This document shows positions 1 to 9,140 of a stretch of DNA of 45,516 nucleotides, piece by piece. The stretch comes from Actinomycetota bacterium. GTDB taxonomy: Bacteria; Actinomycetota; Thermoleophilia; Solirubrobacterales; Solirubrobacteraceae. A model generated the notes under the pieces. That model made no database searches and was not told the origin of the DNA. It saw only the letters and a program-made list of their open reading frames with translations. Each line of letters starts with the position of its first letter. Position 1 is the first letter of the stretch. The translations under genes and the position numbers were made by a program. Location of the stretch: NCBI GenBank assembly GCA_005883415.1, contig VAWT01000170.1, positions 1 through 45,516 of the forward strand, in the 5' to 3' direction.

Positions 1-490
1 TTACCTGGCCACCCGAGTGGACAAACACCGGTGGAGGTACCACCACTACCGGTGCGGCCTCAGGTGGCAGCGACGCCGCCGCCATACCGCTCGAGGGAAG
101 CACGAGCACGGCGTTCGCAAGCTTCCGTCGTTCGAGTGCGTGCAGAAGGATGTTCTGCAGCCCCGGCCGGTTGAGGCGCGCCGGCGAGTCCAAGCGGACC
201 GCGTAAGGGAGCCTTAGATCGTCGGCGAGCAGCGAGGCTGTCGTGGTGGAGAAGACGACTGCGCGAGGCTCAAGGCGTCTTAGGGCGCTCGCGATCGCCC
301 GCCGCGCGGCGAGCGCCTCGACCAGGTCCGTCACCGGGTACGCGCGGCGGAGCCTGCTGGTAGCGCCGACCCGGACGCCGACCGTCTCGACGGTGATGCC
401 AGCATGACCGGCCAGCTCCGCGAACCATCCGTCGGCGATCCTTAGTCCCCGCGTGGTGCCGAGCGAGAGCTGGAGCAGGTCAGGGTGCAT
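1..490 (-). CDS. Putative glycosyltransferase-like protein, N-terminal part (runs off window)
   Basis: Not in the ORF track. ATG at 490 overlaps the end of the upstream GT and the frame stays open to position 1 (MHPDLLQLSLGTTRGLRIADGWF...AVVFSTTTASLL...PVVVVPPPV). Function is inferred from context. Confidence 0.6.
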   Translation of the reverse strand, partial: MHPDLLQLSLGTTRGLRIADGWFAELAGHAGITVETVGVRVGATSRLRRAYPVTDLVEALAARRAIASALRRLEPRAVVFSTTTASLLADDLRLPYAVRLDSPARLNRPGLQNILLHALERRKLANAVLVLPSSGMAAASLPPEAAPVVVVPPPVFVHSGGQV

Positions 491-1727
491 GGCCGATCTC
501 AGCTCGTGGACGGGTCGGGCATCGGGTGGCGGCGATCTCCAGCGCAGCACGGTAGGCGTCGACCGTGGCCGTGCCGCAATGACGCCAGGTGAAGTTTTGC
601 TCGACGGTTGAGCGGGCGGCCTGGCCGAGTGCCGAAAGGCGACCGGGGTCAGCAATGGTCGCCTCGAGGAGACGAGCGAGCGCGCGATGGTCGTCCGGCT
701 CCACGAGCAGCATTCCGTCGCCTGCGCCTGCGATGTCCTCGGGGCCGCCTTCGCCGCGCGAGCCTACGGCGGGAAGTCCGCCCGCCATCGCCTCGATGTA
801 CGCCACGCCGAACGGCTCCTCGACGCTCGGCATCACGTACAGGTGGCAGCGCCAGGCCTCCGACAGCGCCTCTGAGTGCGGGAGCTGGGCCAGAAACCGC
901 ACTTTGTCTCGTAGCCCGAGCCGATCGGCGAGCGCCTTTAGTGGTTCGCGTCCCGGCCCGTCGCCGATGATCACGTAGTTCGGGCGGAGCTCTGGCGCGA
1001 TCTCCGCCATGGCGTGCAGGACGACCGCGTGGCGCTTGCGCGATTGGAGGTGCGCGACCGTGACGAGCGTGACCCGCTCGTGGCGGCGCTGCCGCGCAGC
1101 AGGAAAGTCAGCCCCGAAATGGATAACCCGGGTCTGGATCGGCCGATCGGCCAACTGCTGAGAGCGCTCGGCGGCCCATGTCGAGTTCGCCAGCACCAGC
1201 TCGACTTCGCGCAGCGTGGCCGCGGTCGCGCTGCAGGCGAGGCCGCTGCGGCGGTGGACGTAGATGATGTCCGGACCGTGCGTGGAGGCGACCACGGCCG
1301 GGACACGCGCGGTCCGGGCGCGGCGGCGCCACCATGACGTCGCGAAGCCTGTGGGCACCAGCGAGTGCGCGTGGATCACCTGGAACGGCCAGCGGCGCCA
1401 CAGCTGGGTGAGAGCCAACGCCAGTGAGGGAGCGGCCCAATACCCCCAGGCGCCATAGGACCAGGGGCGCGGAGGCGCGACCAGCGGCACCGCCTCGACG
1501 GCGAGGCCGTCGATCGTGGTCGACCTGAGGGTCGCTCGCGCGTTAGCGAGCCACCGGCGGAGCTCGCCCCGTCGGAGAACCGACAGCGGCGGCACCGGTC
1601 GGCGCAGCACTAGGACGTGCACCTCCGCACCTGCGTCGCGAGCGGCGAGCGCCTGCCGGTGGGCCCACACGCCGTGTACCGGATCGAACTGGGACGGATA
1701 CCATTCCGCGACCACCGCAACGCGCAC
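480..1727 (-). CDS. GT4 (GT-B) glycosyltransferase
   Basis: GTG at 1727 just after the upstream stop; IHAH, RKRH, IIGDGP and EPFGVAYIEAMAGG (Ex7E) motifs. Confidence 0.9.
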   Translation of the reverse strand: MRVAVVAEWYPSQFDPVHGVWAHRQALAARDAGAEVHVLVLRRPVPPLSVLRRGELRRWLANARATLRSTTIDGLAVEAVPLVAPPRPWSYGAWGYWAAPSLALALTQLWRRWPFQVIHAHSLVPTGFATSWWRRRARTARVPAVVASTHGPDIIYVHRRSGLACSATAATLREVELVLANSTWAAERSQQLADRPIQTRVIHFGADFPAARQRRHERVTLVTVAHLQSRKRHAVVLHAMAEIAPELRPNYVIIGDGPGREPLKALADRLGLRDKVRFLAQLPHSEALSEAWRCHLYVMPSVEEPFGVAYIEAMAGGLPAVGSRGEGGPEDIAGAGDGMLLVEPDDHRALARLLEATIADPGRLSALGQAARSTVEQNFTWRHCGTATVDAYRAALEIAATRCPTRPRAEIGHAP

Positions 1728-1731
1728 CCGT

Positions 1732-2865
1732 TCAACCCCCTCCAGCCGCTCGCTGGATCGCCGCGGCGAAGGCCTCGACGTCGCGCCCGAAATCATGCTC
1801 TGCGTCAACGGCCCGGCTCCCAGTCGCCAGCTTCGCGCGCAGCGCGTCGTCATCGCAGAGCCTGCGGAGCGCGCTCGCGATCGCGCCCACATCCTCGGGA
1901 TCGACCAGCAACGCGTTGCGCCCTTCGAGCGCGAGATCATCGACCGCTCCGACACGGCGGCTGCACAGCAGCGGAAGGCCGGCGGCGACGGCCTCTCGGA
2001 CCGCCGCGCCGAATGGCTCGAACGTGCTCACGAGCGCAAAGATGTCGGCTTCTGCGTAGGCATTGGCCATCTCCGCGGCGGTCGAGAAGCCGTGAAACAC
2101 GGCCGTGACACCGAGCCGGCTCGCCACCTCGCGCAGTTCGAGCTCCAGTGGCCCCACGCCGTGAACGTGCAGCTCCGCCCGGTCCGCGGAGCCACCGGCC
2201 AAGGCGAGCGCCTCCACTAGCCGGCTGAAGTTCTTATCTGGCACGAGCCGCCCGACGGTCACCAGCCGTATGGAGGATCTGGAAGAGGGAGGCTGCCGCG
2301 CGCCGGCGGCGGCGCGAATGGGCTCGAGGTCGGCGCTCTGGAGGCTGAGCTCGATGGCGTCGAACGGGACGCTAATCCCGAGCAGCCGCTTCCGGGCGCG
2401 CGAGCTGACGGCCACGAATCCCTGCGCGCGAGCGGCGAGCCACCGGTGTAGGGCCCGCTGGGGCGCAGGCAGCGTCGCTTCCACATCGCGCGTCACCTCG
2501 GTCAGGATCACAAGCGGGCGCTCACGTCGGCGACACCAGGCCAGAGCTCGGAGTGTGGCGGGGCCAAACTCCGAGGACACCACCACCCGCGCGCCGAAAG
2601 TCGAGAGGGCTCGTTCCAGCCCCCGCGGCCACGACACCGGGGTCCGGCCGCGACGCGGCAGCTCGTATGCCCGCAGATACACCGCGTCGTATGAACGTTC
2701 CCCGGCAAACCATTCCGCTGGCTGATCCCAGCTCGTCTGGCGTGGCGAGGAGTAGATGACCCGGAGCCCGATCTGGTCGTGGGCCGCAAGCGTCGTGAAC
2801 AGCGGTTCGCGATAGGGGGCCGGCGCCGGCATGAGGACGGCGCACGGGATGTGAGCAGGGGCCAC
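1732..2865 (-). CDS. GT4 (GT-B) glycosyltransferase
   Basis: VGRLVPDKN and EPFGAAVREAVAAGLP motifs. Confidence 0.9.
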   Translation of the reverse strand: MAPAHIPCAVLMPAPAPYREPLFTTLAAHDQIGLRVIYSSPRQTSWDQPAEWFAGERSYDAVYLRAYELPRRGRTPVSWPRGLERALSTFGARVVVSSEFGPATLRALAWCRRRERPLVILTEVTRDVEATLPAPQRALHRWLAARAQGFVAVSSRARKRLLGISVPFDAIELSLQSADLEPIRAAAGARQPPSSRSSIRLVTVGRLVPDKNFSRLVEALALAGGSADRAELHVHGVGPLELELREVASRLGVTAVFHGFSTAAEMANAYAEADIFALVSTFEPFGAAVREAVAAGLPLLCSRRVGAVDDLALEGRNALLVDPEDVGAIASALRRLCDDDALRAKLATGSRAVDAEHDFGRDVEAFAAAIQRAAGGG

Positions 2866-2929
2866 GAGCGAAAGAGGATCTTATGAGTCGAGTTCGCTAG
2901 CGGCGAGGTGCACTATCGTGCCGCGCTCC

Positions 2930-3043
2930 ATGACCAACGTCAAGGTAGGCGGGTTGGCGTTCGGTTCGGCGTCCAACCGAGCGTCCTTTGCCAACTTCGC
3001 CGTCCGCAACATGGGGCCGGTGTCCCTCGCCTCCCTACACTGA
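2930..3043 (+). CDS. Possible small ORF (37 aa) or collapsed remnant of a gene
   Basis: MTNVKVGGLAFGSASNRASFANFAVRNMGPVSLASLH; TATCGT -10-like hexamer at 2914-2919; GC-rich third codon positions. Confidence 0.3.
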   Translation: MTNVKVGGLAFGSASNRASFANFAVRNMGPVSLASLH

Positions 3044-3047
3044 GAGC

Positions 3048-4118
3048 ATGGCCTCACAGCGACAGATCCACGTCGGCGGCGTGCCGATCGGCGGCGGGGC
3101 TCCGGTGGCGGTGCAGACGATGACGAAGACCGAGACAGCCGACCTGCCGGCGACGATGGACCAGATACGCCGCGTCGCGGAGGCGGGCGCTGACCTGGTC
3201 CGGGTGGCGGTTCCCCGCGATCAGGACGTCGACGCGCTGCGGACGATCGTGCGCGAGTCGCCGATCCCGGTGATCGCCGATATCCACTTCAACTACACGC
3301 TGGCGCTGAAGGCGCTCGACGCCGGCGCCCACTGCGTGCGGCTGAACCCCGGCAACATCGGCGGGCCGGAAAAGGTGGCGCAAGTGACGGCTCTGGCATC
3401 GGAGCTCGGCACGCCGCTGCGGATCGGGGTCAACTCCGGCTCGCTGCCGAAGCACCTGCACGAGCTCGAGCGCGAGAACCCCGTCGAGGCCCTGGTGACG
3501 GCGGCCGTCGAGTTCGTGGAGCTGATGGAGCGGCTGTCGTTCGAGAACTTCAAGGTCTCGATCAAGTCGACCAACGTTCCGAACACGATCTCCTCCAATC
3601 GCCTGCTGTCAGAGCGCATCCCGTACCCGCTGCACCTTGGGATCACCGAGGCCGGCACGAAGTGGTCCGGCTCACTGAAGTCGGCAGTCGGGCTTGGCAC
3701 GCTGCTGGCAGACGGGATCGGCGACACGATCCGGATCTCGTTATCGACCTTCCACGCCGAAGAGGAGGTCAAGGTCGCCTGGGAGATCCTCAAGGCCCTG
3801 AAGCTGCGCCAGCGCGGACCCGTGCTCATTGCCTGCCCGACCTGCGGGCGGCTCCAGTTCGACATGGACAGCGTGGTAGCCGAGGTCGAGAAGCGACTCG
3901 AGGACTACGAGGACCCGATCGAGGTATCGGTCCTCGGCTTCGTGCGCGATGAGGCCGACGCGGAAAAAGCACGTGAGTGGCTAGCCGAGAATGAAGACGC
4001 CACGGCGATGACCCCGGAGCGGATGGCGGCGATGGAGGCCGCTTCCGTGGACGAGGAGCCCGTGCGGCTCGACGAGGAGCTCTCGCCGGTGGCGGGGCGT
4101 CGCTTTACGCGGACGTAG
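3048..4118 (+). CDS. ispG: 4-hydroxy-3-methylbut-2-en-1-yl diphosphate synthase, with apparent in-frame internal loss near 3938
   Basis: VQTMT, IADIHF, RLNPGNIG, RIGVNSGS, PLHLGITEAG, GIGDTIRISL and IACPTCGR motifs are present. The GCxVNGxGE segment is missing after VSVLG. Confidence 0.95.
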   Translation: MASQRQIHVGGVPIGGGAPVAVQTMTKTETADLPATMDQIRRVAEAGADLVRVAVPRDQDVDALRTIVRESPIPVIADIHFNYTLALKALDAGAHCVRLNPGNIGGPEKVAQVTALASELGTPLRIGVNSGSLPKHLHELERENPVEALVTAAVEFVELMERLSFENFKVSIKSTNVPNTISSNRLLSERIPYPLHLGITEAGTKWSGSLKSAVGLGTLLADGIGDTIRISLSTFHAEEEVKVAWEILKALKLRQRGPVLIACPTCGRLQFDMDSVVAEVEKRLEDYEDPIEVSVLGFVRDEADAEKAREWLAENEDATAMTPERMAAMEAASVDEEPVRLDEELSPVAGRRFTRT

Positions 4119-4166
4119 GACGCCGACTCACCCCTGCGCCGCGCGCCGCGGGGGGCAGCGCGGGGT

Positions 4167-4772
4167 CTACCCGACTTTGGAGAACTCCTCCGCCACCTTC
4201 GACCAGTTGACCGTGTTCCACCAGGCGTCGATGTAATCCGGGCGCCGGTTCTGGTACTTGAGGTAGTAGGAGTGCTCCCAGACGTCCACGCCGAGCAGAG
4301 GCGTCTGGCCCTGGCTGATCGGGCTGTCCTGGTTCGGGGTCGAGACGACCTGGAGCCCCGAGCCGTCGTGCACCAGCCATGCCCAGCCCGACCCGAACTG
4401 CTTCACGCCGGCGTCCTTGAGCCTGGCCTGGAAGTCCTGGAACGACCCGAACGCCGCATCGATCGCTTCGCCGAGAGCGCCGTCCGGCTCGCCGCCCGCG
4501 CTCGGGCCCATCCACTCCCAGAAAAGGGAGTGGTTGTAGTGCCCCCCTCCGTTGTTGCGAACCGCTGCCTGCTTGTCCTGCGGCAGCGCGCCGAGGTTCT
4601 TAAGGACCTCCTCGACCGGCTTATCCGCCCACTCGGTCCCCTCGAGCGCCGCGTTGGCGTTAGTGACGTATGCCTGGTGATGCTTGTCGTGATGCAGGTG
4701 CATCGTCTCTTCGTCGATATGGGGCTCGAGGGCGCTGTAGTCGTACGGCAGCGGCGGGACTTCATATGCCAT
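4167..4772 (-). CDS. sodA: Fe/Mn superoxide dismutase (Mn-type signature)
   Basis: [21 protein letters not shown] and DVWEHSYY motifs; AGGAG RBS. Confidence 0.95.
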   Translation of the reverse strand: MAYEVPPLPYDYSALEPHIDEETMHLHHDKHHQAYVTNANAALEGTEWADKPVEEVLKNLGALPQDKQAAVRNNGGGHYNHSLFWEWMGPSAGGEPDGALGEAIDAAFGSFQDFQARLKDAGVKQFGSGWAWLVHDGSGLQVVSTPNQDSPISQGQTPLLGVDVWEHSYYLKYQNRRPDYIDAWWNTVNWSKVAEEFSKVG

Positions 4773-4899
4773 TGCGGCTCCTTGGACGACGTTTACCGGC
4801 CTTTTCTACTTCTTCTATCAGACCGCTTTCGCCCGCAACTGATCCCGCCGAGCGCGCGACTCCAGCCCGCCCTCAAGCCCCGGGTACGCTTGGCGACCG

Positions 4900-6492
4900 A
4901 TGACCCGCCTGTCGTCGTATTTCCTTCCCACCGAGCGCGAGCCTCCCGCGGACGCGGAAGCCATCTCCCACAAGCTGATGGTTCGTGCCGGCCTCATCCG
5001 CCAGGTCGGCTCGGGGCTGTGGTCATGGCTGCCCGCCGGATGGCGCGTGCACCAAAGAATTGTCGAAATTGTGCGCGAGGAGATGAACGCGATCGGGGGA
5101 CAGGAGATGCTGATGCCTGTGCTGCAGCCTGCCGAGCCCTGGCGCCGCAGCGGCCGCTATCCGATCGAGGAGCTGTTCAAGCTGAACGATCGGCGCGGCG
5201 CCGACATGGTGCTGGCCCTGACCCATGAGGAGGTCGTCACGGGCCACGTCGCCGCCGCCATTCGCTCCTACCGCGACCTGCCCCTGATCCTCTACCACTT
5301 TCAGATCAAGGAGCGCGACGAGACCCGGCCGCGCGCCGGCGTGCTGCGCACGCGAGAGTTCATCATGAAGGACTCCTACACGTTCGACCGGGATCGCGAG
5401 GGGCTAGACGCGCGGTACGAGAAGCACGTCGAGGCCTACGACCGGATGTGCGACCGGTGCGGGATCGAGTGGTATCGGGTCGAGGCGGACGTGGGGGTGA
5501 TGGGAGGGGTCGGCGCTCACGAGTACATGGCCCCCTGCGCCGCGGGCGAGAACGACGTGGCCCTGGCAGACGGCTACGCAGCGAACGTGGAGGTAGCCAG
5601 CGCGGAGGCACAGCCGGTCGAGCTGCCCGAGCAAGTGGCCGGCCCAGCGGAGGTTGCGACCCCGGGCCTGACGACCGTGGAGGAGGTCGCAAGTGAGCTG
5701 GGCGTCGCCCCTGGGGCGCTTCTCAAGGCCTACCCGGTGGTCCTCGACGGCGACGATCTGAGGATGGTGATCGTGCGGGGAGATCACCGCGTCAACGACA
5801 TCAAGCTGGCCACAGCGCTCGGCAGACAATTCCGGCCCGCGCGGCCGGAGGAGGTCGAGCGGCGCCTCGGGCCGCCGGGCTACATCGGCCCGGTGGGAGC
5901 GCAGGTTCCGATCTTGCTCGACGCCGCAGTCGAGCGGGGTCAATACGTGACCGGGTCGAACCGACCCGATTCCCACCTGCGCGGGGTCGAGCCGGGGCGC
6001 GATTTCCACTACGAGCGAGTGGACGTGCGCACGGTCGTAACGGGGGATACGGTCGACGGAAGGCGGATCCGCATCGAGCCCGCGATCGAGGTGGGCAACA
6101 TTTTCAAGCTCGGCACGCGCTACTCGGAGCCGCTGGGGGCCGTGTACCTGGACGAAGACGACTCGGAGCAGCCCATCTGGATGGGCTCGTACGGCTTCGG
6201 GCCGGCGCGGGCGGCCGCCGCGGCGGTCGAGCAGTACGCCGACGACCGGGGGATCTCGTGGCCGCGGACGGTCGCGCCGTTCGACGTCGAGCTCGTGGCG
6301 CTCGGCAGACAGGGAGGCAAGGAGCGGGAGCTGGCCGACCGGCTGTACGACGACCTGCGGGCGAAGGCCGTCGGGGTCCTGTACGACGACCGAGACGTGG
6401 GACCGGGCGAGAAGTTCGCGGTCGCGGAGCTGCTGGGATGTCCTTTGCGCGTAACGGTCGGAAGGATCGAGCAGCTGCCGGAGCTGCCGTGA
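4900..6492 (+). CDS. proS: Proline--tRNA ligase with editing insertion; C-terminus appears shortened
   Basis: SHKLMVRAG, RPRAGVLRTREFIMKDSY, IEVGNIFKLG, MGSYGFG, and anticodon-binding DDRDVGPGEKF. Confidence 0.95.
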   Translation: MTRLSSYFLPTEREPPADAEAISHKLMVRAGLIRQVGSGLWSWLPAGWRVHQRIVEIVREEMNAIGGQEMLMPVLQPAEPWRRSGRYPIEELFKLNDRRGADMVLALTHEEVVTGHVAAAIRSYRDLPLILYHFQIKERDETRPRAGVLRTREFIMKDSYTFDRDREGLDARYEKHVEAYDRMCDRCGIEWYRVEADVGVMGGVGAHEYMAPCAAGENDVALADGYAANVEVASAEAQPVELPEQVAGPAEVATPGLTTVEEVASELGVAPGALLKAYPVVLDGDDLRMVIVRGDHRVNDIKLATALGRQFRPARPEEVERRLGPPGYIGPVGAQVPILLDAAVERGQYVTGSNRPDSHLRGVEPGRDFHYERVDVRTVVTGDTVDGRRIRIEPAIEVGNIFKLGTRYSEPLGAVYLDEDDSEQPIWMGSYGFGPARAAAAAVEQYADDRGISWPRTVAPFDVELVALGRQGGKERELADRLYDDLRAKAVGVLYDDRDVGPGEKFAVAELLGCPLRVTVGRIEQLPELP

Positions 6493-7127
6493 CGGGCGCC
6501 GTGCGCGGGCGGCAGTCAAAGCGGCGCCTGCTCGGCATCGACCGCTCCGGTCCGCCACCGGCGGCCACGCTCTCTGGCCACCCGCTGAATCCATGGACCG
6601 TCCCGAACGCCATCGGCTTCGCGCGGCTGGCCGGAATTCCGGTGTTCCTCGTCCTGCAGCTATCGAGCCCCAACGGACATGACACGGTGGCCATCGTGCT
6701 ATTCGCGGTGATCGGCTGGGCCGACTACCTGGACGGCTTCGCCGCCCGTCTGACCGGCCAGTACAGCCGCCTCGGGGCGCTGCTGGACCCGGTGATCGAC
6801 CGCCTGCTCGTAATCTCCGGGATGGCGGTCTGCTGGCATTTCGAGCTGCTGCCACGGTGGGCGATCGTGGTCGTGATCGCCCGGGAGGCCCTGATGCTCG
6901 CGCTCAGCCGCTATGCGATGCGGCGGGGGCTCGAGCTGGAGATCAACTGGCCTGGCAGGCTGGCGGTCGCGCCGATCATGGGCGCGCCCTTCTTCGCAAT
7001 GGTCGGCGTGCACTGGCTCGCGCTGGTGCTGCTGTACGTCGGCATGGCTCTCGCGCTGTCGGCTAGCGTTCTGTACGTATGGCGGGGGGTCCAGCAGATC
7101 AGGCGGCAACTCTCAAGCTCAGCTTGA
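6489..7127 (+). CDS. CDP-alcohol phosphatidyltransferase (PgsA family)
   Basis: DYLDGFAARLTGQYSRLGALLDPVIDR signature; several TM segments; GTGA overlap with the proS stop. Confidence 0.9.
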   Translation: MTGAVRGRQSKRRLLGIDRSGPPPAATLSGHPLNPWTVPNAIGFARLAGIPVFLVLQLSSPNGHDTVAIVLFAVIGWADYLDGFAARLTGQYSRLGALLDPVIDRLLVISGMAVCWHFELLPRWAIVVVIAREALMLALSRYAMRRGLELEINWPGRLAVAPIMGAPFFAMVGVHWLALVLLYVGMALALSASVLYVWRGVQQIRRQLSSSA

Positions 7128-7151
7128 CCCTCGGGGAAAGCCGGATATACT
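7113..7151 (+). promoter_or_regulatory. Sigma-A-like promoter (TTGACC-16-TATACT) overlapped by palindrome TCAAGCT-C-AGCTTGA
   Basis: -35 at 7124-7129, -10 at 7146-7151, inverted repeat at 7113-7127; GGAGGG RBS before ATG 7201. Confidence 0.55.
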
Positions 7152-7200
7152 CGCTCGGCACGGCAAAGCGCGACCTCCGGGAACGGGGAGGGCTTATCTC

Positions 7201-7455
7201 ATGGACACGTTTCCCGACCTCGGCTCGCTGTCAGATCAGGAGCTGAAGGATCTCATCAAGCAACTAACCGCCGAGGAGATGGAGGTCTCCTACAAGCGCC
7301 GCATCCTGCATGGCAAGATCGACATCCTCCGCGCCGAGCTGGTCAACCGGCTGCGAAAGAAGCATGAAAGCGGCGAGGACGTGATCACCGGCGCGGACGT
7401 GCAGCAACTGACGGACATCCTCGCTGGGCGTGTTCCGGCGACCAACGCAGAGTAG
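7201..7455 (+). CDS. Small single-motif RsiG/AmfC-like protein (putative c-di-GMP-binding anti-sigma factor)
   Basis: 84 aa helical protein; EMEVSYKRRILHGKID fits the RsiG signature E-x3-S-x2-R-x3-Q-x3-D with H in place of Q, followed by ILRAEL. Confidence 0.75.
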   Translation: MDTFPDLGSLSDQELKDLIKQLTAEEMEVSYKRRILHGKIDILRAELVNRLRKKHESGEDVITGADVQQLTDILAGRVPATNAE

Positions 7456-7462
7456 GGGAGCG

Positions 7463-7820
7463 TTGGCCCAGCATTGTCCTGAGTGCGGATTCCAGAACGT
7501 CGAGGGCGCCAACTATTGCCAGCGGTGCGGCGCGTTTCTACGTGATCCGCGCCGGAGGCGGGAGGGCGGGGGAGACGTTCGTGCTGGACAGGGACAGGCT
7601 CACGGTCGGCCGCCGACCGGAGTCCGACATCTTCCTCGACGATGTGACGGTTTCCCGCGACCACGCGATCCTGGTGCGCCGCAGCGAGGACTACTACCTG
7701 GACGACCTCGGGTCGTTGAACGGCACCTATGTGAACCGGAGCCGGATCGAGTCCCACCGGCTGACCCACGGGGATGAGCTCCAGATCGGCAAGTTCAAGC
7801 TTGCGTTCCTGAACCGCTGA
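7463..7820 (+). CDS. Zinc-ribbon + FHA domain protein (GarA/OdhI-like), broken by a frameshifting loss at about 7540
   Basis: N-terminal CPECG...CQRCG in one frame; FHA motifs (GRRPESDIFLDDVTVSRDHA, GSLNGTYVN, GDELQIGKFKL) in another; no linker between them. Confidence 0.85.
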
Positions 7821-7833
7821 TGGAAGACCTCTG

Positions 7834-8616
7834 ATGGCAAGCCCGAGCACCCGCAACCCCAACGTCGAGCTTCCGGAGCTGCCTCCGGAACAACCGGAGG
7901 ATGTCGAACACCAGCAGGAGCGCCCACGCCAGAAGGCGGTCACGATCGGCGCCGTCTGCAAGGCGCTCGCGCAGGAGTTCCCGGACATCTCGATCTCCAA
8001 GATCCGCTATCTCGAGGACCAGAAGCTGCTGGCACCCCGGCGGACACAGGGTGGATACCGGCTCTATACCCAGAACGACATCCAGCGCCTGCGCACGATC
8101 CTTCGCCTGCAGCGCGACGAGTTCCTGCCGCTGAGGGTAATTCGGCAGGAGCTGGCCGGTGGGCGCACCGACCGTGAGGTCGGTGGTCCCGGAGACGGGC
8201 GCACGTCCCGGCGGACGACCGTCACGGTCCAGGACACCGGGGCGCTGTACTCGCTCGAGGACGTGGTCGAAGAGACCGGCGCCGACCCCCAGCTGGTCCG
8301 CGAGCTCGTCGACTTCGGCGTGATCAAGGGCGAGATGCGGGCCGGTGCCCGCTACTACGACGAGGCCGAGCGAGAGATCATCCGAGCCGTGTCGGAGCTT
8401 GCGCGCTACGGGGTGGGAGGACGCAATTTGCGCGTGTTTCGCACCTCAGCCGATCGCGAGGCACAGCTGCTGCAGAGCATCCTCGCCCCGGCGCTGCGCT
8501 CTCGTAATCCCGAGCGGCGCAAGGAGGCGATTGAAGCCCTGGAGAATCTGGCCTCGGTCACCACCCACCTCAAGCACCTGCTTCTGATACGCGACCTGCG
8601 CAAGATCGCCACATAG
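7834..8616 (+). CDS. MerR-family regulator (FtsR/Rv1828-like)
   Basis: TIGAV...EFPDISISKIRYLE...RTQGGYRLY...QRDEFLPLRVI; lies directly after the garA-like gene as in other actinobacteria. Confidence 0.88.
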   Translation: MASPSTRNPNVELPELPPEQPEDVEHQQERPRQKAVTIGAVCKALAQEFPDISISKIRYLEDQKLLAPRRTQGGYRLYTQNDIQRLRTILRLQRDEFLPLRVIRQELAGGRTDREVGGPGDGRTSRRTTVTVQDTGALYSLEDVVEETGADPQLVRELVDFGVIKGEMRAGARYYDEAEREIIRAVSELARYGVGGRNLRVFRTSADREAQLLQSILAPALRSRNPERRKEAIEALENLASVTTHLKHLLLIRDLRKIAT

Positions 8617-9140
8617 TGCCGGTCGACCTTCAGGAGTTCGTCCGCGAGATCCCGGACTTTCCCCGTCCGGGAATCGGGTTCAAAGACATCACGCCGCTGT
8701 TGCTGAATCCCGGGGCGCTCGACGCCGCCGTCGAGGGCCTGGCCGAGTTCGCGCGCGAGCAGAAGGTCGACTTCGTGGTGGCGGCGGAGGCGAGGGGATT
8801 CATCCTCGGCGGAGCCCTTGCACGAGAGCTGGGCGCCGGGTTCATCCCCGCCCGCAAGCCCGGGAAACTGCCGCACGAGACGATCAGCGCGGAGTACGCG
8901 CTCGAGTACGGCCTAGACGAGCTCGAGATGCATTCGGACGCGCTCGCGGGCGGGGCCCGAGTACTGATTCATGACGACCTGCTGGCCACCGGAGGCACCG
9001 CCAGGGCTCTGTGCGACCTGGTGGCGGGGACGGGCGCGGAGGTCGTAGGGTGCGCGTTCCTGGTCGAACTGGGCTTCCTAAACGGCCGAGCACGGCTTGA
9101 GCCCTACCGCGTGCGCTCGCTGATCGAGTACTCCGACTGA
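8616..9140 (+). CDS. apt: Adenine phosphoribosyltransferase
   Basis: IPDFPRPGIGFKDITP, EARGF, RKPGKLP, YALEYG and DDLLATGGT motifs. Confidence 0.95.
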   Translation: MPVDLQEFVREIPDFPRPGIGFKDITPLLLNPGALDAAVEGLAEFAREQKVDFVVAAEARGFILGGALARELGAGFIPARKPGKLPHETISAEYALEYGLDELEMHSDALAGGARVLIHDDLLATGGTARALCDLVAGTGAEVVGCAFLVELGFLNGRARLEPYRVRSLIEYSD

